Below are positions 18,450 through 24,992 of a stretch of 24,992 nucleotides of DNA, piece by piece. How positions within the stretch are numbered: position 1 is the first letter of the stretch; each line of letters begins with the position of its first letter. The stretch lies in the IMG/VR virus record IMGVR_UViG_3300032312_001267, positions 1 through 24,992 of that record. One strand, 5' to 3'. Below the pieces are notes generated by a model. The model was given only the letters and a program-made list of their open reading frames with translations, made no database searches and was not told where the DNA came from. The position numbers were made by a program, and so were the translations under genes. The DNA is from a virus (Duplodnaviria > Caudoviricetes).

Positions 18450-18911
18450 ATGAAAGGTCTGCTTTTAATCTGTTTGTTTTTCTTAAACAATTTAACTTTC
18501 GGTCAAATTAGAGTAGATAAAGCCGGCGACGGTTGGCAGCTTAAAATAGATTCAGCATTACAATTAATTAAAAAAGTCGATATTGAAAAGTATCAATTAA
18601 TCGATAGTGTATGTGAGAGAGTGGAGTTCTGGACCTCCGGGTTTTCTTCTAACGAAGGAAGTTATGGAAACAAAGGAACGATCTTAGTTGCTGTTAAAGA
18701 TGTGCAGTTAAATTCAATTAACAACCTCGCAGTAGTGTTGGTTCATGAGAGTTTACATTTGCATGTTTTGCAAAAAGGGTACATCATTGCTCCTGAACAA
18801 GAGGAGGCATGGTGTTACAGGTACGAGCTTAGCTTCATTGATAAGCTTAAGAATCCTGAACCTTGGTTGAAACAACATGCAATAACACAATTAACAAACA
18901 TACAAAAATGA
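18450..18911 (+). CDS. Secreted zincin-like (HExxH) metalloprotease-domain protein
   Basis: Signal peptide MKGLLLICLFFLNNLTFG-Q; VLVHESLHL with downstream EEAWCY supplying a possible third Zn ligand. Confidence 0.6.
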   Translation: MKGLLLICLFFLNNLTFGQIRVDKAGDGWQLKIDSALQLIKKVDIEKYQLIDSVCERVEFWTSGFSSNEGSYGNKGTILVAVKDVQLNSINNLAVVLVHESLHLHVLQKGYIIAPEQEEAWCYRYELSFIDKLKNPEPWLKQHAITQLTNIQK

Positions 18912-20800
18912 AAAAACTCATCGCATTCCTTTTGACGGCAGTGGCCGTTTTCGGAGTATCGGCACAATCAGCTTCAACCTCACCTGGAACAGGGCACTGG
19001 GTGGTAATTGATTCTGGTTACCAAGTAGCAACTACTACTGCCGGACAGACTGTTGCCCCTCTTTATTTCTACAACACATCAACATCTGAGAAGATCACCG
19101 GTCTTCAGTACAGAGTATTTTATGATAAGACAGCTTTTACGGCAGCTATTCCTTCATTAAAGATCTCTACCACTGATCAATACTTACAGTATGTTGATAG
19201 TAATGCTCAAGGGTTCTTAACTGTTACTTTAGTTTACACAGGTACTAACTCATCTTTTAACTATTCTAATGGAGCAACCTTTGATCTTACTTTCACTCAT
19301 GCCGGTGAAGCTATCTGGAACAACTTAGATTCTATTAAGACATTAAAAGTTTCAGGCGTTAAAGCATTTTCAAACAAGGCTGCTACTAACTGGGGTAATG
19401 ATACTACATTGGTAGTTTATTCTTACGGTGGTCGTTTCAACCAGAAGGTATTAAGATTTGCTGCTAAATTTAAGAACGTTACAGGTTCAGATGCTAAGAA
19501 CTTATGGGTATCTTTAGAGAAGAGAGCAAAAGGTTCTTCAACTTGGTCTCAAGTAGAAGCTAAAGCTACTAACTCCACCGGCGTTGTTGTATTTAAAAAA
19601 TTCTTGGATACTACTTATTGGGATGTTAGAATGGCAATCAAAGGAGATACAATGACTCCCGGTAACGTATTCTCTACTGCAGATGCTCAAAAGATTAACC
19701 AATCAATCTTAGCTCAATACACTCCTACAGGATTTGATTACTACACAATGGACGTTAACGGAACTGATGGAACAATCAGCATTGCAGACGTTTATTCAGT
19801 TTATGGAAGATTGGCAGGTAGGTTTAATACTTGGCCTAATTCTAAAAAGGATGTAATGTTCTTTACAGTTGCCGAATACAATTCAATTAACGGATCTGCT
19901 ACCAACTTAACTTCAACCTACTCTACAATCAACAACCTAACATTCTCAATCGACGGTCAAGATTCAACTACTTACTACGTAGCTGTTAAAGGTGATGCTA
20001 ACTCAACAGGATTTAAGATGGCTCGTTTAACTCCTATCAAGATTGTTAACCCTGCTAATGCCAAAAACTACATCATCGATAATTCAGTTCAGTACGACGA
20101 CGTAACTGAGACTATTGAGGTTAATATGCCTAAAGTTAAAGTTGACGAAGGTAACTTAGTAAACGTTCCTGTTAAAATGTTAACAGACGGAAAACAATTA
20201 GGAGCAGTTCAATTAGAGTTGAAGTATGATACAGCATTACTTGAGTTCAAGAAAATTGACTTGACTGAGAAGATGATGAACTGGACTTCATACACTAACC
20301 CTGATAACGGAGTAGTTGCTTTCGGTGCTGCTGACTTAAAAGGAAATCAATTACTAAATGACGGCGAACAAATTCTTACTATGCAGTTCATCGCTAAGAA
20401 GCCTCAAACAGAATGGGCAACAGCAGCTATCTGGACTGGACCTAAATACGTTGGAGGTAATGATGCAAGGGATATGAACATTACTCCTGCAATGGGAGTA
20501 ATTGAGGTACGTAAAATTAAAAAGCCTGTTAAGTTGAATGACTTAGAAAACATTCTTATCTTCCCCAACCCCACCGACGGAGAAGTAATGATTCAATTCA
20601 GAGTTGATCAAGAATCAGAAACCGAAGTTGCCGTTAGTGACTTAGTAGGAAGGAAGGTAATGGAGATAATTAACACCAAAATGCCTGCCGGAGAATACAA
20701 ATACGTTGTTAGTTTAACAGAACTAACTAACGGCTTCTACTTAGTATCAGTTAAGACAGATGCAAAAATCTCAACTTCTAAAATAATTATAAATAAATGA
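18908..20800 (+). CDS. Secreted cohesin - Ig-like - dockerin - cohesin protein with T9SS type A C-terminal sorting domain
   Basis: Likely start ATG 18908 (ATGA overlap) gives signal peptide MKKLIAFLLTAVAVFGVSA-Q. Cohesin-like ITGLQYRVFYDKTAF and VNVPV..LGAVQLELKYDTALLEF; dockerin-like DVNGTDGTISIAD; CTD IFPNPT..VSDLVGRKV..LTNGFYLVSV..TSKIIINK. Confidence 0.8.
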   Translation: MKKLIAFLLTAVAVFGVSAQSASTSPGTGHWVVIDSGYQVATTTAGQTVAPLYFYNTSTSEKITGLQYRVFYDKTAFTAAIPSLKISTTDQYLQYVDSNAQGFLTVTLVYTGTNSSFNYSNGATFDLTFTHAGEAIWNNLDSIKTLKVSGVKAFSNKAATNWGNDTTLVVYSYGGRFNQKVLRFAAKFKNVTGSDAKNLWVSLEKRAKGSSTWSQVEAKATNSTGVVVFKKFLDTTYWDVRMAIKGDTMTPGNVFSTADAQKINQSILAQYTPTGFDYYTMDVNGTDGTISIADVYSVYGRLAGRFNTWPNSKKDVMFFTVAEYNSINGSATNLTSTYSTINNLTFSIDGQDSTTYYVAVKGDANSTGFKMARLTPIKIVNPANAKNYIIDNSVQYDDVTETIEVNMPKVKVDEGNLVNVPVKMLTDGKQLGAVQLELKYDTALLEFKKIDLTEKMMNWTSYTNPDNGVVAFGAADLKGNQLLNDGEQILTMQFIAKKPQTEWATAAIWTGPKYVGGNDARDMNITPAMGVIEVRKIKKPVKLNDLENILIFPNPTDGEVMIQFRVDQESETEVAVSDLVGRKVMEIINTKMPAGEYKYVVSLTELTNGFYLVSVKTDAKISTSKIIINK

Positions 20801-21165
20801 GTTTAAAAGAAACACTAAAAAACGCAGCAGGGTTAACCAAACCCGAAGCATTTGTTAAGGTAGATGATAAAAATCGTTTCTACTACATGTTACAGCAAAT
20901 GCAGTCCAATCGCTGGAAGATCACAGCAATCGTATTAGGATTGTTTACATTAATTATTGTCGGCATTAATGCTGCAGTATTCTTCGGAGCATCTATCCAA
21001 GAGGATTGGAAAGAGATGCTACTTATTCTACTAGGTGCCTTCGTTGGTAACTTAAACAAAGTAGTAGATTACTGGTTCAATTCAGAAGACAGAGATAAAA
21101 TGTTAATTCAGAAAGTAGACGAAGAGGACGGAGTATCATTATCAAACACATTAGAAGATGAATAA
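20797..21165 (+). CDS. Small two-TM membrane protein (holin-like features)
   Basis: Two hydrophobic helices (ITAIVLGLFTLIIVGINAAVFFG; MLLILLGAFVG) followed by VVDYWFNS and a charged tail; ATGA-coupled to the upstream gene. Confidence 0.55.
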   Translation: MSLKETLKNAAGLTKPEAFVKVDDKNRFYYMLQQMQSNRWKITAIVLGLFTLIIVGINAAVFFGASIQEDWKEMLLILLGAFVGNLNKVVDYWFNSEDRDKMLIQKVDEEDGVSLSNTLEDE

Positions 21166-21490
21166 TATGTCAGAAGAACAAAAAGAAGAAGGTGTAATGT
21201 CAGCTACCAAGAAAGCAATTATTGGTGCTATCACTACAGCTGTTACAGCCGGCGGAGCCTGGTTTGCAACCCACTTAGGCGGTGGCGAAGAGCCTAAAGA
21301 AGAAGCTAAGACAGAACAAGCCGCTGCTCCTGTTATTAACTTAAACTTAGAGAACAACAATACTAACCAACAGAAGCAATCTGCAGGTGGTACTACTACC
21401 ATCATTAAAGAGAAAGAGGTTTCAAAGCCTGCTGCTGCTACACCTGCTCCTGCTAGTAAGCCTGAACCTAAAGAAGAAGATCCATGGTAA
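21158..21490 (+). CDS. Membrane-anchored low-complexity protein
   Basis: One hydrophobic segment (AIIGAITTAVTAGGAWFA), an Asn/Gln-rich strand (INLNLENNNTNQQ) and a Pro/Ala/Lys-rich tail. Confidence 0.6.
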   Translation: MNNMSEEQKEEGVMSATKKAIIGAITTAVTAGGAWFATHLGGGEEPKEEAKTEQAAAPVINLNLENNNTNQQKQSAGGTTTIIKEKEVSKPAAATPAPASKPEPKEEDPW

Positions 21491-22170
21491 GAAATATCCT
21501 TGTTGCTTTTTTATTAGTTATTATGATTGGATGTGGTTCAATGAAAACTACAACCGAACAAGACGTTATTGAAACTAAAGATATTTCTTCAGTATCAAAT
21601 TACACAGATAGCTTGAAATATGCTGTCCAAGTAATTAACGTTGATATGACTAAAGTTTTAACTTTATACCCAGACCTTCAAGAAAAGAACGTTGGGTTAG
21701 GATTTGCCGAATCAGTGTTAGATTACTTAGATGAAACAGGAAGATTTATATTTACAGAAGAGAAATCAGAAATCAAGGAAAGAATGGTTACTCAATTCAA
21801 AGCTTCTAAAAAAGGAGTCTTCGAAGAGCCCATTGATGGAAAGGGTAAGATTAAAGCTGCCCGTTACTTTGTTTATGTTACTGTGGCCGATTTTGCTGTT
21901 GATGAAGACGAGACTGTGGAAAAAGGCAAAAGCAAAGTTGTTGTTACTACTTTCATACGTCTCCAAGTTAGGTTCGTTGATGCTACAACGGGACAGGTCT
22001 ACATTGGATCAGGAGAGGGAGAGTCAACAAAAGTAGGAGAATCGTTTTTAAAATCTCTTGATATGAAGTTTTCACAGAGTACTGTTGGTAAGGCAACTAG
22101 AAAGTCTTTAGAGACTGCTACAACTAAAGTAATTGAAAGCTTGATCAGGAACGGTGTCTTTAAAAACTAA
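21484..22170 (+). CDS. CsgG/HfaB-like lipoprotein (curli assembly/transport family)
   Basis: Lipobox MIG-C; GLGFAESVLDYLDETGRFIFTE..GKIKAARYFVYVTVADF..IRLQVRFVDATTGQVY..GEG pattern typical of the CsgG/TolB-N-like family. Confidence 0.7.
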   Translation: MVRNILVAFLLVIMIGCGSMKTTTEQDVIETKDISSVSNYTDSLKYAVQVINVDMTKVLTLYPDLQEKNVGLGFAESVLDYLDETGRFIFTEEKSEIKERMVTQFKASKKGVFEEPIDGKGKIKAARYFVYVTVADFAVDEDETVEKGKSKVVVTTFIRLQVRFVDATTGQVYIGSGEGESTKVGESFLKSLDMKFSQSTVGKATRKSLETATTKVIESLIRNGVFKN

Positions 22171-23479
22171 AATATTATTTTTTTTATTTATGATAGGACT
22201 GTCTCTAAACGGGCAGTCCTTTCTTTATTCATACCAGGATCCTTGTACTAAGGAGACTAAATTTATTACAGCAGACATGAGCAGCCCAATCGTGGTTGTT
22301 TATTATAATCAAGTCAGAACGTTCAGCTACACTGAATTATCAGACGGAACTTTTGACTTATGGATGGCCGATATTTATAACAAATATAAGTCAACCTCTC
22401 CATGTCAAGGGGCAGTAGCTACAACTACAACAACCACATCGACGAACTTGGCTTCAAACGTTGTTAATAGTGTAATGAACTTAAACGCTATTGCAAACGT
22501 TGGGTCATTTACTTCAGTGGGAACAAACATAGGTGGAACTACTTCAACAGGTTCAGGATCGGTCAGTACTTCGAATAACAAAGAAGATGGAAATTCACAG
22601 TCGAATACGAACCAGGACAACAATGGAGATAATAATTCAGGCAATACTAATTCTGGTAGTAGCAGTGGGTCCTCTGGTGGCAGCGGTTCTAATGGTTCAG
22701 GCTCCGGTTCGGGGTCAGGAAAAACCGAAGAGCCAAAGACCGAAGATAAGCCGACTGATCAACAAGTGGAAGAACAGAAGACTGAAACTCAAAAAGAATC
22801 TTCAAACTCAACTGCAAAAAGTACATCAAAAGCTAAAGCCGAAGTTGCTAAACCGGCTATTTTAGTTACAGGGGATCTTGTTGGGGTACAAAAAGCCGAC
22901 GATGGCTCTAGGGATGCTAGAGGGACAATGTCATTTACTAGAGTAAAAGGAGATGGAACAGCCTCATTAGGCTTCTCTGCCGATTACATGGTTAATGCTA
23001 AGATAGGAAACCTTTCAGTAATGAGATCCTGGATTGGTGTTAATAAGAAAGGACATAAACACATTAACGTTGTTTCAGATGCTTTCGGTATATTACCTAA
23101 ATCTTGGTCAAATACAGCATTAGCAGTAAGAGTAAACTCAGTTAAGAACTTCACAGCCCTTTATGGAGCAGCTGGAACTTATGGAAAGCTTTACGGAGAA
23201 GAGATGATCTCAACTTTAGCTATTGGAGGATTTATGTATAAAGGCAAGTTAGCTAAAGCATTAGATGCTACTATCATTGCTGCATGTGTGTATTCACCTT
23301 ATACCAAGTACTACACAGAGTCTTTATTTGAAGCTAAGCCAATCATCATTCCCTTCTTTAACTTTAATTATAAACTAACAAAAACATTTGGAGTTGGATT
23401 AACCGGAGGTGGTACTTATATTGCCAGTCAGAGTATTCTGAATTACCAAATACTAATGGGTGCTAAATTGCTATTATGA
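22154..23479 (+). CDS. Exported protein: small N-terminal domain, Ser/Gly/Asn-rich linker, putative outer-membrane beta-barrel
   Basis: GTG start gives signal peptide MSLKTKILFFLFMIGLSLNG-Q. Linker of about 100 aa (SGSSSGSSGGSGSNGSGSGSGSG). Last ~200 aa are alternating amphipathic strands (FNFNYKLTKTFGVGLTGGGTY..YQILMGAKLLL). Confidence 0.6.
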   Translation: MSLKTKILFFLFMIGLSLNGQSFLYSYQDPCTKETKFITADMSSPIVVVYYNQVRTFSYTELSDGTFDLWMADIYNKYKSTSPCQGAVATTTTTTSTNLASNVVNSVMNLNAIANVGSFTSVGTNIGGTTSTGSGSVSTSNNKEDGNSQSNTNQDNNGDNNSGNTNSGSSSGSSGGSGSNGSGSGSGSGKTEEPKTEDKPTDQQVEEQKTETQKESSNSTAKSTSKAKAEVAKPAILVTGDLVGVQKADDGSRDARGTMSFTRVKGDGTASLGFSADYMVNAKIGNLSVMRSWIGVNKKGHKHINVVSDAFGILPKSWSNTALAVRVNSVKNFTALYGAAGTYGKLYGEEMISTLAIGGFMYKGKLAKALDATIIAACVYSPYTKYYTESLFEAKPIIIPFFNFNYKLTKTFGVGLTGGGTYIASQSILNYQILMGAKLLL

Positions 23480-24678
23480 GGTGGATTGTTATTTTATTCT
23501 TTGTTGCAAATAGTTTATTAGGTCAATTTACCTATTCAGGATATCTTTATAATGCTAATAGTTCAGGAGCTAATAATGTTCCTGTTAAACTATATAAAAG
23601 TACAGCTGGCGCTACTACTAAATCAGGAACTTTAGTTAAAATAACATCAGGTATTCCCTCTGATAGAGGAAGAGGAACTACTGTTTTATATTCAACAGCT
23701 AATACAGATGAAAAGTCTGTAGCTATTACATTCCCTTCCGGGTTTAGTCCTTCCTATGCCGGTACTAGTTATTCCTCAGGTCACGTAAATGCTAACTCAT
23801 GGTTTTGTTTTGGAACAAGTTCTAGTTCTGGATACAATGGAAATGCCACTAGTCCCAATCAACCCACTATTCATATCGGTTCAGTTGATAATAGTTCAAC
23901 AGATAACAACGTTTCTTATGTTTCAACTGAAAGCTACACAGATGGAACTTACGGAGATGTTTTTAGAGTAAGGTATGAAGGTAATTGTAAATATAACCAG
24001 ACAGGAATCAACTATGTTTGGGATTTATATTTCATTAAAAATCAAGCTGCAAAACAAATAGTAGTTTGGAGAACATTTACAGCGGATGGATCTAATCAAG
24101 AAATAATGGGCATATCAACAGGCAGTGCTTGGATGGCAAGCACCCTAGTTACTACTGGTTCTTTTTCTAGTACTAGTTGGGAGATAAATACAACCTCTAC
24201 TACTACAACAAGTTCTAATGTGTTAGATGCTACCGCTTATACTAATTCATCAGGATATTATTCTTTTTCTAGAACCACAGTAGCAGGTAACCAATTCACA
24301 ATTCAAGTAGATGCTCCAACTAGAATACAGGCTTATACAAACTTAGACATTCAAGCAGTCTCTAACATTATTTTAAATAAGACTACAAAAAACGGATTAT
24401 CCTTTCATATGTTTGATGTTAATGACGATGGAATAATCTCAGTTGCAGACAAATACTACATAGCAGGAAGAAAAGCAAGCCGGTTTTCTAAATGGAGAAT
24501 AGCTCCTGATGTAAGAATTTTTACTACTGCTCAGTATAATGCTATTACTGCAGGTACAACAAACCTAAGGGTAACCTATCCTGGAGTAACCAAATACACA
24601 ACCTCCACCTTAACATCAGGAGGAACATTAAATCTTTATATTATAGCACCGGGTTATGCAGGGGCAGTAACTTACTAA
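23476..24678 (+). CDS. Secreted Ig-like + dockerin protein with inserted passenger domain; no T9SS CTD
   Basis: Signal peptide MRWIVILFFVANSLLG-Q; TNSSGYYSF (prealbumin/CnaB-like strand); dockerin-like FDVNDDGIISVAD; C-terminal region paralogous to the middle of the 18908 protein. Confidence 0.7.
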   Translation: MRWIVILFFVANSLLGQFTYSGYLYNANSSGANNVPVKLYKSTAGATTKSGTLVKITSGIPSDRGRGTTVLYSTANTDEKSVAITFPSGFSPSYAGTSYSSGHVNANSWFCFGTSSSSGYNGNATSPNQPTIHIGSVDNSSTDNNVSYVSTESYTDGTYGDVFRVRYEGNCKYNQTGINYVWDLYFIKNQAAKQIVVWRTFTADGSNQEIMGISTGSAWMASTLVTTGSFSSTSWEINTTSTTTTSSNVLDATAYTNSSGYYSFSRTTVAGNQFTIQVDAPTRIQAYTNLDIQAVSNIILNKTTKNGLSFHMFDVNDDGIISVADKYYIAGRKASRFSKWRIAPDVRIFTTAQYNAITAGTTNLRVTYPGVTKYTTSTLTSGGTLNLYIIAPGYAGAVTY

Positions 24679-24685
24679 TATTTAT
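24679..24685 (+). promoter_or_regulatory. Putative late-promoter motif TATTTAT
   Basis: In the 13-nt gap between stop 24678 and ATG 24692. Confidence 0.45.
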
Positions 24686-24691
24686 TAGTAT

Positions 24692-24992
24692 ATGCTTAAC
24701 TTACTTGCACCCCTACTACTTGCTTTAGCTCCTGCCGATTCAACTTTCTTCCATGTTGACGTTGTTAATAAAACTAAAATCGAAAAGGTTGGCGGAAGAG
24801 ATATTACTTTCGGAGTAAAAGAAACAGTTGAAGAATACATTATTGAACAAAAAGGATATTCTCCCACAGACTCAAACGGATTTTCGGTTACTGTTTACAT
24901 TGATTCTATTTACTCTCCGCAGCAAATGCTTAACATTATGGGCATTCAATGGTTAAGAAAAGATTATATTGTTGAAACTTCTGTTGCATTTA
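24692..24992 (+). CDS. Exported hypothetical protein, truncated by window end (absent from ORF track)
   Basis: ATG 24692 opens MLNLLAPLLLALAPADSTFFHVDVVNKTKIEKVGGRDITFGVKETVEEYII... with no stop to the window end; hydrophobic signal-like N-terminus. Confidence 0.7.
   Translation, partial: MLNLLAPLLLALAPADSTFFHVDVVNKTKIEKVGGRDITFGVKETVEEYIIEQKGYSPTDSNGFSVTVYIDSIYSPQQMLNIMGIQWLRKDYIVETSVAF

Noticed and set aside
18863-18907. TTG start of the 645-aa ORF given in the track
   Set aside because: ATG 18908 gives a clean signal peptide and an ATGA overlap with the upstream stop; the extra 15 codons are unlikely to be translated.
22530-22850. Low-complexity Ser/Gly/Asn stretch as a DNA tandem repeat or curlin repeat array
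   Set aside because: Codons vary with no nucleotide periodicity, and the regular Q/N-x4-spaced curlin repeat pattern is absent; it is a protein linker.
361-24867. Short minus-strand and alternate-frame ORFs in the track (e.g. 361-600, 1153-1371, 2841-3185, 4563-4778, 9784-10017, 12162-12386, 21151-21405, 21731-22036, 22533-22865, 24685-24867)
   Set aside because: All lie within or opposite longer, motif-bearing + strand genes and show no recognisable motifs; treated as shadow ORFs.
1-24992. Stop-codon reassignment (alternative genetic code) as in some Bacteroidota phages
   Set aside because: Conserved genes are full length in code 11, and TAA, TAG and TGA all end genes at sensible positions (e.g. 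TAG 12539, TGA 8960).
1-24992. CRISPR array, tRNA/rRNA, IS element, integrase, or reverse transcriptase/DGR template repeat
   Set aside because: Intergenic gaps are all short (under about 70 nt), and I saw no spaced repeats, cloverleaf, transposase, integrase or RT motifs.

Overview
AT-rich, densely coding window with every convincing gene on the + strand. It is best read as part of a large lytic tailed dsDNA phage with a contractile-tail gene set and probably a Bacteroidota host. It has four blocks. (1) Tail/baseplate morphogenesis, 1-7634: tape-measure C-terminus, tube/baseplate protein, LysM/gpX-like protein, two hub-like proteins and a GH108-like lysozyme. (2) Replication/recombination, 7677-16985: an unusually short family A DNA polymerase, a free-standing GIY-YIG endonuclease, gp32-like SSB, RecA/UvsX, 5'-3' exonuclease, DnaB-like helicase and class II NrdJ. 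(3) A self-contained LpxH-like metallophosphoesterase plus GT2 cassette, 17054-18432. (4) A translationally coupled operon of exported proteins, 18450 to the window end: HExxH protein, cohesin-dockerin-cohesin protein with a T9SS sorting signal, two membrane proteins, CsgG-like lipoprotein, putative outer-membrane beta-barrel and a second dockerin protein with an inserted passenger domain. Block 4 is the best candidate for an undescribed system, a phage-encoded cell-surface scaffold/export machine. Two classes of intergenic promoter motif are visible. All family calls come from motif recognition by eye; no database search was run.
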